64,000 bases of DNA, taken from positions 143,017-207,016 of the forward strand of contig JACFMQ010000005.1 in assembly GCA_019455325.1 (NCBI GenBank), in the 5' to 3' direction. Of this stretch, positions 1-8,345 are shown piece by piece. The notes beneath the pieces were generated by a model. The model had not been told where the DNA came from, searched no databases, and saw nothing but the letters and a program-made list of their open reading frames with translations. Origin of the DNA: Rhodocyclaceae bacterium (GTDB lineage: Bacteria; Pseudomonadota; Gammaproteobacteria; Burkholderiales; Rhodocyclaceae). A program made the position numbers and the translations under genes. The number at the start of each line of letters is the position of its first letter. The first letter of the stretch is position 1.

Positions 1-237
1 TTCATCGCCAAGAGCACGCATCCAGCCTACACGGCGACGCAGCTCGCGCTGTTCACCAGCCTCACGGCGGTGCCGCGCACCTTCATCAACGCCTCCGCCG
101 GCTGGCTCGTCGAGCAGCTCGGTTGGGTCGATTTCTTCTGGCTGTGCTTCGTGCTCGCGGTGCCGGGCATGCTGCTGCTGTTCAAGGTCGCGCCATGGAA
201 CGAAAACAAGGAACCAAGACCCGCGCCGGCCGGCTGA
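1..237 (+). CDS. ampG: AmpG-family muropeptide MFS permease, 3' end only (5' part lies outside the window)
   Basis: Frame +1 is open from base 1 to TGA 235-237. The translation ...TQLALFTSLTAVPRTFINASAGWLVEQLGWVDFFWLCFVLAVPGMLLLFKVAPW looks like an AmpG C-terminus. It is absent from the ORF track because it runs off the window edge. Confidence 0.65.
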   Translation, partial: FIAKSTHPAYTATQLALFTSLTAVPRTFINASAGWLVEQLGWVDFFWLCFVLAVPGMLLLFKVAPWNENKEPRPAPAG

Positions 238-935
238 TCGCCGCTGCCCGCGAACTCTCCGCGGCGCTGGCGCCGCTGCGCTTCGCGTCGCCGGTGAGCC
301 ACGTCTACAACCCGCTCGACTACGCGCGGGCGCCGCACGAGCAGTACCTCGCGCGCTACGGCAACGGCAAAAAGCGCGTCGTCTTCCTCGGCATGAACCC
401 CGGCCCCTTCGGCATGGTGCAGACCGGCGTGCCCTTCGGCGAGGTGGCGGCGGTGCGCGACTGGCTGGGCATCGCGGCGCCGGTGGCGAAGCCGGCCGTG
501 GAGAACCCGAAGCGGCCGATCGAGGGCTTCGCCTGCGCGCGTTCGGAAGTGAGCGGCCGCCGCCTGTGGGGGCTGTTCGCGCAGCGCTTCGGCACGGCCG
601 ATGCCTTCTTCGCCGAGCATTTCGTCGCCAACTACTGCCCGCTGGCCTTCTTCGACCACGGTCGGAATCTCACGCCGGACAAGCTGCCGGCGAGCGAGGC
701 GGCGCCGCTGCTCGCGGCCTGCGACGCGCACCTGCGCGCGCTGGTCGAAACGCTCGAACCGGCATGGCTGATCGGCGTCGGCGGCTTCGCCGAGGCGCGC
801 GCGGCCGAGGCGCTGGCCGGAACGGGCGTGCAGATCGGCCGCGTGCTGCATCCGAGCCCGGCCAGTCCGGCGGCGAACCGCGGCTGGGCGGAGGCGGCGG
901 AGAAGCAGCTACGGGCGCAGGGAGTCTGGGACTGA
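195..935 (+). CDS. SMUG1-family (family 3) uracil-DNA glycosylase
   Basis: Part of ORF 123..935, with ATG at 195 (MERKQ...). Contains GMNPGPFG and HPSPASP, which match the two SMUG1 signature motifs (GMNPGPxG / HPSPxxP). The start overlaps the ampG 3' end. Confidence 0.8.
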   Translation: MERKQGTKTRAGRLIAAARELSAALAPLRFASPVSHVYNPLDYARAPHEQYLARYGNGKKRVVFLGMNPGPFGMVQTGVPFGEVAAVRDWLGIAAPVAKPAVENPKRPIEGFACARSEVSGRRLWGLFAQRFGTADAFFAEHFVANYCPLAFFDHGRNLTPDKLPASEAAPLLAACDAHLRALVETLEPAWLIGVGGFAEARAAEALAGTGVQIGRVLHPSPASPAANRGWAEAAEKQLRAQGVWD

Positions 936-1256
936 GACCTCGCTAGCCGCGGGCGCGCGCGGCGTGCGGCGGCGGTCCAGCCACCAGGCGTAGACCGGCA
1001 GCAGCAGTGCCGAGCCGGGCAGCAGCAGGAACAGCAGGTAGGGCGAAAGGCGCGACAGGCGGCGCAACTGCGCGAGCAGCTCGGTCTTCTCGGCGGCGGT
1101 CCAGCGGCCGCCGTTGCGCGCCTTCATCAGCAGCGGCATCAGCCCGCGCACGGCCAGCAATTCGGTGAGCGCGCGCCGCGCCTCGCGCTTCTGCACGGCG
1201 AGCAGGCGATCGAACGAGCGCCCGAGGGCGCTCCTTTTGTCCCGCGTCGGTGTCAC
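909..1256 (-). CDS. hypothetical small membrane protein, translationally coupled to the yqjK-like gene
   Basis: Part of ORF 909..1316. GTG at 1256-1254 overlaps the upstream stop (GTGA). One hydrophobic segment (SPYLLFLLLPGSALLLPVYAWW). I recognise no family. Confidence 0.4.
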   Translation of the reverse strand: MTPTRDKRSALGRSFDRLLAVQKREARRALTELLAVRGLMPLLMKARNGGRWTAAEKTELLAQLRRLSRLSPYLLFLLLPGSALLLPVYAWWLDRRRTPRAPAASEVSVPDSLRP

Positions 1257-1582
1257 GCGGCCGGCCGGGAGAAGTCGAAGCCGGCGGCGGCGAGCCGCGC
1301 CCGCCCCCTGCGCCACAGGTGCCAGGCGATGAAGACGCGGCGGCCCCAGCGCCAGGCGCGCCGCGGCCGCAGTGCGGCGAGCAGTGCGACGCCGAGGCCG
1401 ACCTCGACCGGGTGGCGCTTCAGGTAGTCGACGCCGCGCCGCGCCGCGGCGATCCCGCGGTCGGCCGTGTCGAGCGCATCGGCGAGCGGCCGCAGTTGCG
1501 TCGTCAGCGCCGCGCGCTGGGCGGCGATGCGTTCCTGCAGGCGTCCGCGCTGCAGGCTCAGTTCAATCAGGTTTTTTTCCAT
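1253..1582 (-). CDS. YqjK-like small membrane protein
   Basis: 109-aa ORF starting MEKNLIELSLQRGRLQERIAAQR, with a coiled N-terminus and a C-terminal TM segment. Its position after the YqjD/YqjE homologues matches the enterobacterial yqjD-yqjE-yqjK order. Confidence 0.55.
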   Translation of the reverse strand: MEKNLIELSLQRGRLQERIAAQRAALTTQLRPLADALDTADRGIAAARRGVDYLKRHPVEVGLGVALLAALRPRRAWRWGRRVFIAWHLWRRGRARLAAAGFDFSRPAA

Positions 1583-1973
1583 GGCCGGCGGCCGCGCGCA
1601 GTTGACGCAGGTCTTCCTCGAGTTCGGCGATGGTCGCGGCGAAGGCCTGGCGGCGGTCGTTGGCGCGCAGCGCCGCGAACAGCAGCAGGCCGCCGCCGAG
1701 CAGGAAGAGCGCCGCGCCGCCGCCGAGGACGAGCGCCCGCTGCTCCCAGTTGAGCGCGACGACCAGCGCGAACAGCAGCAGCACGCCGACGCCCAGACAG
1801 AACAGCGCGCCCACGGCGAACAGCAACAGGCGGACGAGGCGGATGCGCTCGCTCGCCAGCTCGTTGCCGGCCAGTTCGATGCGCGTGCGCGCCGTCGCGA
1901 CCAGCGTCGCGGCCGAATTGCGCAAGGCCGCGAGAAGGCCGCCGGCCTCCCCGCGGTCCGGATCGGCTGCCAT
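1563..1973 (-). CDS. YqjE-like / phage-holin-family (DUF1469-type) membrane protein
   Basis: Start MAADPDRGEAGG at 1973 within ORF 1563..2051. Two long hydrophobic helices (LLLFAVGALFCLGVGVLLLFALVVAL; GGGAALFLLGGGLLLFAAL). Lies 11 nt downstream of the yqjD-like stop. Confidence 0.6.
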   Translation of the reverse strand: MAADPDRGEAGGLLAALRNSAATLVATARTRIELAGNELASERIRLVRLLLFAVGALFCLGVGVLLLFALVVALNWEQRALVLGGGAALFLLGGGLLLFAALRANDRRQAFAATIAELEEDLRQLRAAAGHGKKPD

Positions 1974-1984
1974 CCGGCGCCGTC

Positions 1985-2305
1985 TTAGCGGCGGCCGATG
2001 AGCACGCCCAGCGCCAGGCCGATGGCGGCGGCGACGCCGACCGCCTGCCACGGATGCTCGTGCACGAAGTCGTCGGTGGCGCGGGCGGCGGCCTTGGTCC
2101 GGTCGACGAGCGCGGCTTCGGCGTCCTGCAGGCGGATCTTGGCGTCGCGCAGGCGCTCCTGGATGCGCTCGCGCAGCTCGCCGACCTTTTCACCGGCCTG
2201 GCTGGCGGTGGCGCGCAGGATTTCCTCGGCGTCGGCGATGACGATCTTCATGTCGGAAACGAGCTTGTCCTTGGCAACGTTGGAGACGTCGGTGGTGTCG
2301 GCCAT
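1985..2305 (-). CDS. YqjD/ElaB (DUF883) ribosome-associated, C-tail-anchored membrane protein
   Basis: C-terminal 106 codons of ORF 1985..3202, starting MADTTDVSNVAKDKL. Ends ...HPWQAVGVAAAIGLALGVLIGRR, the typical DUF883 tail anchor. Confidence 0.75.
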   Translation of the reverse strand: MADTTDVSNVAKDKLVSDMKIVIADAEEILRATASQAGEKVGELRERIQERLRDAKIRLQDAEAALVDRTKAAARATDDFVHEHPWQAVGVAAAIGLALGVLIGRR

Positions 2306-2379
2306 GATGCTTTCCTTTTTAACGGGTTGATCTTTGCGTAGGAATGCCCAAGCGTAGCGCGTCGCGCGGCGATAGGCAA

Positions 2380-3162
2380 TCAAGCCGCATAGTCGTAGTC
2401 GATGGTCAGCGGCGCGTGGTCGCTGAAGCGCTGTTCCTTGAAGACGCTCGCCGCGCGCGCCGCGGCGGCGATGCCGGGCGTCGCCAACTGGTAGTCGAGG
2501 CGCCAGCCGACGTTCTTCGCCCAGGCTTGGCCGCGGTTCGACCACCACGTGTAGCAGGCGTCGGTGGCGTCGGGATGGAGTTGCCGGTAGGCATCGACCC
2601 AGCCGGCTTCGCCGAGCACGCGGCTCATCCAGGCACGCTCCTCGGGCAGGAAGCCGGAGTTCTTCTGGTTCGACTTCCAGTTCTTCAGGTCGATTTCCCG
2701 GTGCGCGATGTTCCAGTCGCCGCAGACGACGATGTCGCGGCCCTCCTTCGCCATGTCGGCGAGCAGCGGCAGGAAGTAGTCCATGAAGCGGAACTTCGCC
2801 TCCTGCCGCTCCGGCGAGCTGGAGCCGGACGGCAGGTAGAGCGAGACCACCGAGAGCTTGCCGAAGTCGGCGCGGATGAAGCGGCCCTCGGCGTCGAACT
2901 CGCCGTGGCCGAGGCCCTCGACGACGCGGTCGGGCTGTCGCCGGCACCACAGGCCGACGCCGCTGTAGCCTTTCTTCTCGGCGCAGTGGTAGTAGGCGCC
3001 GAGGCCGTCGGGCGCGCGTATTTCGGCGGAGAGGTCGGCGTCCTGCGCCTTGATTTCCTGCAGACAGACGACATCGGCGTTCTGCGCCTCGATCCAGGGC
3101 AGCAGGCCCTTGTTCCAGGCCGAGCGGATGCCGTTGAGGTTGAGGGTGATGATGCGTAACAT
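2380..3162 (-). CDS. xthA: exodeoxyribonuclease III (AP endonuclease)
   Basis: MLRIITLNLNGIRSA...CLQEIK...GDWNIAH...FSDHAPL are the EEP/ExoIII motifs. ATG at 3162-3160, within ORF 2380..3921. Confidence 0.95.
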   Translation of the reverse strand: MLRIITLNLNGIRSAWNKGLLPWIEAQNADVVCLQEIKAQDADLSAEIRAPDGLGAYYHCAEKKGYSGVGLWCRRQPDRVVEGLGHGEFDAEGRFIRADFGKLSVVSLYLPSGSSSPERQEAKFRFMDYFLPLLADMAKEGRDIVVCGDWNIAHREIDLKNWKSNQKNSGFLPEERAWMSRVLGEAGWVDAYRQLHPDATDACYTWWSNRGQAWAKNVGWRLDYQLATPGIAAAARAASVFKEQRFSDHAPLTIDYDYAA

Positions 3163-3216
3163 GGGCGTCTCGCGCCGTGCTGGCGGCGCACGGACAATAC
3201 AAGAAGATATCTGTAA

Positions 3217-3861
3217 ATGGACTTTCGTCAGGAATTCATCGAGTTCGCCGTGGACCGGAACGTGCTGCGTTTCGGCGAGTTCAAGACCAAGGCGGGCCGG
3301 CTGTCGCCCTACTTCTTCAACGCCGGCCTGTTCAACGACGGCGCCTCGCTCGACCGGCTGGCGCAATTCTACGCGAAGGCGATCCTCGCCAGCGGACTCG
3401 AAATCGACGTTCTCTTCGGGCCGGCGTACAAGGGCATTCCGCTGGTCGCGGCGACGGCCATGGCGCTCGCGCAGCAGGGCCGCAACCTGCCCTACGCCTA
3501 CAACCGCAAGGAGGCCAAGGACCACGGCGAGGGCGGCACGCTGGTCGGCGCGCCGCTCGCCGGCCGCGTGCTGATCGTCGACGACGTGATCTCCGCCGGT
3601 ACCTCGGTGCGCGAATCGGTCGAGCTGATCCGCGCCGCCGGCGCCGTGCCCGGCGGCGTCGTCATCGCGCTCGACCGCATGGAGCGCGGCAGCGGCGCGC
3701 TGTCGGCGGTGCAGGAGGTCGAGCGCGACTATGGCATCCCGGTGGTGGCGGTGGCCACGCTCGACGATCTGCTCGCCTTCCTCGGCCAGCGCGCCGACCT
3801 GCAGGCGAACGCGGCGGCGGTCGCCGCCTATCGCCAGGAATACGGAGTTGCGCGCGGCTAG
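3217..3861 (+). CDS. pyrE: orotate phosphoribosyltransferase
   Basis: 214 aa. [39 protein letters not shown] plus PRPP loop [13 protein letters not shown]. Confidence 0.95.
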   Translation: MDFRQEFIEFAVDRNVLRFGEFKTKAGRLSPYFFNAGLFNDGASLDRLAQFYAKAILASGLEIDVLFGPAYKGIPLVAATAMALAQQGRNLPYAYNRKEAKDHGEGGTLVGAPLAGRVLIVDDVISAGTSVRESVELIRAAGAVPGGVVIALDRMERGSGALSAVQEVERDYGIPVVAVATLDDLLAFLGQRADLQANAAAVAAYRQEYGVARG

Positions 3862-4474
3862 ATTCGCCCTCGGCGCGGCGCTGCTGACCGCCGCCCTGCC
3901 GGCGCTGGCCGCGGCGAACATCTTCTGCTGTCAGGACGAGCACGGCAGGAACGCCTGCGGCGACATCCTGCCGTCGGTCTGCGTCGGCCGCGCCTACCGC
4001 GAGATCGGGCCGAACGGCCTCGTCGTGCGCCGGGTCGAGGCGCCGCCGACGGCCGAGCAGCGCGCGCAGAAGGCGGCCGAGGAGCGCCGGCAGAAAGCGG
4101 CCGAGGAGGCCGCCAGGGAACGCCGCCGGCTCGACCAGGCGCTGCTGCAGACCTACGGCAGCGAGGCGGACATCGACCAGTTGCGCGAGCGCGCCGAGGC
4201 CGACGTGGTGGCTGCGATCAAGGCGGCCGAGGAGAAGATCGTCGAGGCCGGCAAGCGGCGGAAGAAGTTCGAGGACGAGGCCGAGTTCTACAGGAAGAAG
4301 CCCCTGCCGCCGTCTGTCGCCAAGGGGCTGAAGGCCGTCGACGAGGACATTCTGGCGCAGCAGGCGACGATCGAGGCGAAGAAGAAGGAGCTGGAGGCGG
4401 TCCGCGCCAGGTACGAGGACGACAAGCGCCGCTACCGGGAGCTGCGCGGTTCGCGCATGCAGGCGCCGAAATGA
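3848..4474 (+). CDS. DUF4124-type secreted protein with a charged coiled-coil tail
   Basis: Part of ORF 3731..4474. The only sensible start is TTG 3848, giving signal peptide (M)[41 protein letters not shown]. The C-terminal half is rich in E, K, R and A. Overlaps the pyrE stop by 14 nt. Confidence 0.6.
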   Translation: MRAARFALGAALLTAALPALAAANIFCCQDEHGRNACGDILPSVCVGRAYREIGPNGLVVRRVEAPPTAEQRAQKAAEERRQKAAEEAARERRRLDQALLQTYGSEADIDQLRERAEADVVAAIKAAEEKIVEAGKRRKKFEDEAEFYRKKPLPPSVAKGLKAVDEDILAQQATIEAKKKELEAVRARYEDDKRRYRELRGSRMQAPK

Positions 4475-4477
4475 AAA

Positions 4478-4499
4478 GCGGCGCCGGAGTCGGCGCCGC
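4478..4499. terminator. GC hairpin between convergent genes (possible bidirectional terminator)
   Basis: gcggcgccg-gagt-cggcgccgc, a perfect 9-bp stem between the DUF4124 gene stop and the TonB-dependent receptor stop. No clear U-run. Confidence 0.4.
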
Positions 4500-4526
4500 G
4501 GCGGTCGTGATGCTTCGGGCGGGGCG

Positions 4527-6977
4527 TCAGAAGCTGCCGCGCACGGTCAGTAGGAAGTTGCGCGGTTCGCCCACGTAGTTGTGCAGGTAATTGGCGGTGA
4601 TGTTGGCGTAGTAGCGCTTGTCGAACAGGTTTTCGACGTTGAGCGCGGCACTCCAGGTCTTGTCGATCCGGTAGGCCACTCGGGCGTTCCAGACGGCGTA
4701 GCCGCCCTGTACCGGGTTCTTCATGGTGGCGCTGTCGGTCTTTTGCTTGCTGCGGTAGTTCACCCCGGCGCCGATGCGCCACTTTTCCAGCTCGCCGGGC
4801 AACTGGTAGTCGGACCACAGGCGCAGCATGTGCCTGGGCGTTTCGTAGTTGAACGGTTTGCCGACCAGGCTTTCGTCCGCATCCTTCAGGTACTTGTTGC
4901 GGTTGTAGGTGTAGCCGCCGCTCAGTTGCCAGCCGCGCGCCAGCGTGCCGTGGGCTTCCAGCTCGAAGCCCTGGCTGCGCACCTTGCCGGCGGCGCGGGA
5001 GCAGTACCAGCCGTTGCAGAGCATGGGCGAATCGTAGTCGGTGATGGCGCGGTTTTCCTGGTCGACGCGGAATACCGCCAGCGAGGTGTTGAGGGCGCCG
5101 TCGAACAACTCGCCCTTGATGCCCAGTTCGTAATTGACGCCGGTCATCGGCGGCAGGACCTTGAATTCGGCGTCGGTGACGCTTTGCGGTTCGAAGATCT
5201 CGGCGTAGCTGGCGTAGGCGGACCACTGCGGCGTCAGGGCGTAAACCAGACCGCCATAGGGGGTGAATTCGCCGCTTTCCTTTTTGCGGACATTGGTGAC
5301 GAAGACGCCGTTGACCGGATTGACGATGGCGCTGCGGTAGTCGTACCAGCTCGTACGGCCGCCGAGGATCAGCGTGGTGCGCTCGGTGAGGTGCCCGCGC
5401 CACAGCCCGTAGATGCCGCGCTGGGTGGTCTTGGAACTGAGATCGCGCATGCGGCTGAGCGCGCGGGCGCCGAGCGGGGTGATGTCGGCCTTGCTGTCGA
5501 AGATGTCGATGGTGGTGTTCGTGTATTCGTCGAAGGCGTCGTCGCGCTCCTGGTTGGAATAGCTGCTCCCGACGACGATTTCGTGGGCGATCCCCAGCGC
5601 CTGGAATGTGCCGCTCAGGTTGATGTCCATGCCCTTGCTCTGGCCGCCGAAATCGTAGGCGAAACCAGGTGCCGTCATCGAGCTGCCGCCGACCGGGATC
5701 AGCCGGAAGTATGACAGGGCGGTGACCGCATCGTGGGTCTCGTCGATGTAGGTGCCGCTGGCCTTCAGCTTCCAGTCCGGATTGAAACGGTGCTCGAAGT
5801 CGACAAAGAGCTGGGTTTCCTCCCGAGTCGCCTCACTCCAGTCGGCATCCATGTTGGCACGGCGGGAGAGGTCCGGCATGGTGCCGTCGGCATGGCGTGG
5901 CAGGCCGTTATAGACGCCGCTGTTGCCTTTGAAGCGGGTATGGGCCAGCCCCAGGCCAAAGGTGGTGTCCGGCGTGGCATCGAGGTCCAGCGCAGCATAG
6001 GCGCTCAGATTACGGTCCCACACCTTGTCCACGTACGCGCTCTTGTCTTCGTAATCCAACACCGCGCGGGCGCGCAGCGTGCCAGCTTCGTTCAGCGGGC
6101 CGCCGGCATCGACGCGGGCGCCGTAGTTGTCCCAGGAGCCGGCGCGGCCTTCCACCATCAACTGGCGCTCGACCGTGCCCCGCTTGCGCACCAGATTCAC
6201 CGCGCCGGCCGGGCTGCCGGCACCTTCCAGCAGGCCCTGGGCGCCGCGCAGCACTTCCACCCGGTCGAGATAAACAGAGCTGGCCTGCAGCATGTTGCCG
6301 TTGGTGTAGGAGCGAGGCAGCGGCATGCCGTCGTACTGGATGGTGTTGGTCTCGAAGCCGCGGATGATGATGTCGTTGCCGCCGCCCACACGCCGGCGCA
6401 GGGTGACGCCGGTGGCGTTGGTGAGCACGTCTTCCAGCGTGTCCAACCCCTGATCGTCCATCCGCTGCCGGGTGATGACGGTGACGGACTGGGGAATGTC
6501 CTTCAGGGGTTGCGTGCCCTTGAACAGCGTCGTGGCCCTGGCGGCGTAGGAGGCGGTGCCTTCGGTGGTGACGTCCCTCAGGCCCGAGGCCCTCACCGTC
6601 ACCGGCGCCAGCGTGGCTTCCCCGGCCGGCGCGGGGGGCAGCTTGCGCAGCGTATACCCCCCGTCGCTGCGTTCCACCGGCTCCAGTCCGCTGCCCTGCA
6701 GCAGGCGGCGCAGCCCTTCCGCGCCGGTATGGCTGCCGTTCAGGCCGGGGCTGTGCAGGCCGGCGACGAGGGCGGGGTCGAAGGACAGCGCGATGCCGGC
6801 GCTTGCGGCGAAGCGGGTGAGTGCGTCTTCCAGTGGGCCGGCGGCGATGGCGTAGGTCTTGCGGGTCTGCTGGGCCGTTTCCTGCGCGTGCAGCGGTGCG
6901 GCCGGCAGGGCGGCGGCGAGAAGCAGGACGAGGGCGACGGTCGCCGGGCGGCGTCGAATGGGCGGTGTGTTGGACAC
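4527..6977 (-). CDS. TonB-dependent siderophore receptor/transducer with N-terminal signalling (STN) domain
   Basis: 816 aa. GTG start preceded by AGGA. Signal peptide, then an STN-like segment (YAIAAGPLEDALTRFAASAGIALSFDPALV...GYTLRKL), plug and barrel, ending with terminal aromatic ...LLTVRGSF. FecR/FecI genes lie upstream on the same strand. Confidence 0.9.
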   Translation of the reverse strand: MSNTPPIRRRPATVALVLLLAAALPAAPLHAQETAQQTRKTYAIAAGPLEDALTRFAASAGIALSFDPALVAGLHSPGLNGSHTGAEGLRRLLQGSGLEPVERSDGGYTLRKLPPAPAGEATLAPVTVRASGLRDVTTEGTASYAARATTLFKGTQPLKDIPQSVTVITRQRMDDQGLDTLEDVLTNATGVTLRRRVGGGNDIIIRGFETNTIQYDGMPLPRSYTNGNMLQASSVYLDRVEVLRGAQGLLEGAGSPAGAVNLVRKRGTVERQLMVEGRAGSWDNYGARVDAGGPLNEAGTLRARAVLDYEDKSAYVDKVWDRNLSAYAALDLDATPDTTFGLGLAHTRFKGNSGVYNGLPRHADGTMPDLSRRANMDADWSEATREETQLFVDFEHRFNPDWKLKASGTYIDETHDAVTALSYFRLIPVGGSSMTAPGFAYDFGGQSKGMDINLSGTFQALGIAHEIVVGSSYSNQERDDAFDEYTNTTIDIFDSKADITPLGARALSRMRDLSSKTTQRGIYGLWRGHLTERTTLILGGRTSWYDYRSAIVNPVNGVFVTNVRKKESGEFTPYGGLVYALTPQWSAYASYAEIFEPQSVTDAEFKVLPPMTGVNYELGIKGELFDGALNTSLAVFRVDQENRAITDYDSPMLCNGWYCSRAAGKVRSQGFELEAHGTLARGWQLSGGYTYNRNKYLKDADESLVGKPFNYETPRHMLRLWSDYQLPGELEKWRIGAGVNYRSKQKTDSATMKNPVQGGYAVWNARVAYRIDKTWSAALNVENLFDKRYYANITANYLHNYVGEPRNFLLTVRGSF

Positions 6978-7024
6978 GGATTTTCCTTTCGTGACGTGTT
7001 TCGACGGGTTTCAACGAACACGAC

Positions 7025-7054
7025 GAACGAAGCGGAAAAAGGTATCAGGCCGGC
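7025..7054. repeat. direct repeat copy 1 (gaacgaagcggaaaaaggtatcaggccggc)
   Basis: Matches 8344..8371 at 27 of 28 aligned positions, plus a 2-nt indel. The two copies bracket the ATPase gene. Confidence 0.75.
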
Positions 7055-7119
7055 TCCGCCGCGGCTCGGTGGCGGATCGGTGGTTCAGGGGAGAGGCTGC
7101 GGTTGTTGTCGGGGATGAG
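7045..7119 (-). pseudogene. possible decayed remnant of a FecR 3' end
   Basis: The reverse strand reads LIPDNNRSLSPEPPIRHRAAAEPA*, against ...EPQRSLDLLAASFPLRIDYRTRYWVTVAPA* for the intact fecR. The stop, the ...PA* ending, RSL and a gaggctgcg..ggtt block (7091-7105 vs 8435-8455) are shared. Similarity is weak. Confidence 0.3.
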
Positions 7120-7134
7120 CCCTTCCTGCTAGAT

Positions 7135-7169
7135 TTTGCAGATCGTAGATTAAACTTCCGATTTGCAAA
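7135..7169 (+). promoter_or_regulatory. AT-rich imperfect inverted repeat just upstream of the ATPase gene (candidate operator/promoter)
   Basis: TTTGCAGATCG-N13-CGATTTGCAAA (10/11 complementary), with two TAGATT hexamers nearby. Ends 15 nt before ATG 7185. Confidence 0.35.
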
Positions 7170-7184
7170 ACAGAGGTGTCCGCC

Positions 7185-8345
7185 ATGTATCCACGTCAAG
7201 CTCGTGCGGCGCTGGAACGTCTGGCCAGGGGGTTTCCGGTGCTGGCGCTGACCGGGCCGCGCCAGTCCGGCAAGACGACGCTGGCCCGTGCCTGTTTTCC
7301 GGACAAGCCCTATGTTTCGCTGGAAAACCCGGACGAAAGGGATTTTGCCGATCAGGATCCGCGGCGTTTTCTGGAACGCTTTCCTGATGGCGCGGTTCTC
7401 GACGAGGTGCAGCGCTGCCCGGCGCTGCTGTCGTGGCTGCAGGGCATCGTCGATGAACGCCAGCGCATGGGATCGTTCGTCCTGACCGGCTCGGCCCAGT
7501 TCGACCTGATCGCCGGCATGAGCCAGTCGTTGGCCGGCCGGGTCGGGCGGGTGGAGCTTCTCCCCTTGTCGGTGGCGGAGATGCGGGAGGGCGACTGTCT
7601 GCCGTCGGCCCTCGATCGGCTGCTGCTGAACGGCGGCTATCCGGCGATCTACCAGCGCGATCTGGCGGCCGCGGACTGGTTTCCGAATTATGTGGCGACC
7701 TATCTGGAGCGCGACGTCCGGCAGATGATTGCGGTGCGGGATTTGTCGCAGTTCCAGCGTTTCGTGCGCATGTGTGCGGCGCGTTCAGGGCAGTTGCTGA
7801 ACCTTGCCGGGCTGGGCGCGGACTGCGGCATTTCGGCGGCGACGGCGCGCGAATGGCTGTCGGTGCTGGAGGCGAGCTATCTGGTCGCCCGTCTGCCGCC
7901 CTACTTCCAGAATTTCGGCAAGCGCCTGGTGAAATCGCCCAAGCTGTACTTCCTCGACGTCGGCTTGATGGCGTGGCTGCTCGGCATCCGCGACGAAACC
8001 TCGGTGGCGACCCACGCTGCCCGCGGCGCGCTGTTCGAAACCTGGGTGGTTTCGGAGTTGATCAAGCAGCGTTTCAATGCCGGCCAGCCGGCCGACCTGT
8101 ATTTCTGGCGGGATAGCGCGGGCCACGAAATCGACGTGGTGTACGAAACGCCGGCCGGCCTGCAGGCCGTCGAGATCAAGTCCGGCAGCACCTTCGCCCC
8201 GGACTGGACGGATGGCTTGAAGAAATGGCGGAAATTCGCCGGCAATGTGCCGACGCTGAAGCCCGTTCTGGTCTATGGCGGAGCGGAGAGCCATGAGCGG
8301 GAACATTGTTTCGTGACCGCCTGGCAAGACCTGGGGCAAGGCTGA
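7185..8345 (+). CDS. AAA ATPase of the AAA_14/DUF4143 (COG1373-like) type with a C-terminal PD-(D/E)xK-like motif
   Basis: Part of ORF 7176..8345. ATG 7185 lies 8 nt after AGAGG; GTG 7176 is an alternative start. Walker A LTGPRQSGKTTL, Walker B-like AVLDEVQ, a central wHTH-like region, and C-terminal GHEIDVVYE...AVEIKSGS. Confidence 0.85.
   Translation: MYPRQARAALERLARGFPVLALTGPRQSGKTTLARACFPDKPYVSLENPDERDFADQDPRRFLERFPDGAVLDEVQRCPALLSWLQGIVDERQRMGSFVLTGSAQFDLIAGMSQSLAGRVGRVELLPLSVAEMREGDCLPSALDRLLLNGGYPAIYQRDLAAADWFPNYVATYLERDVRQMIAVRDLSQFQRFVRMCAARSGQLLNLAGLGADCGISAATAREWLSVLEASYLVARLPPYFQNFGKRLVKSPKLYFLDVGLMAWLLGIRDETSVATHAARGALFETWVVSELIKQRFNAGQPADLYFWRDSAGHEIDVVYETPAGLQAVEIKSGSTFAPDWTDGLKKWRKFAGNVPTLKPVLVYGGAESHEREHCFVTAWQDLGQG

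Noticed and set aside
1985-3202. 405-aa ORF extending the YqjD-like protein upstream across xthA
   Set aside because: Only the last 106 codons resemble DUF883. The rest is out-of-frame overlap with xthA.
3731-3847. ATG-initiated N-terminal extension of the DUF4124 protein inside pyrE
   Set aside because: It would overlap 130 nt of pyrE coding sequence and precede the signal peptide. TTG 3848 gives a normal signal sequence.
6978-7044. FecI-type ECF promoter directly upstream of the TonB-dependent receptor
   Set aside because: I see GAAAC and CGTC elements, but their spacing (about 11 nt) does not fit a -35/-10 ECF promoter. I cannot support a call without a computed motif scan.
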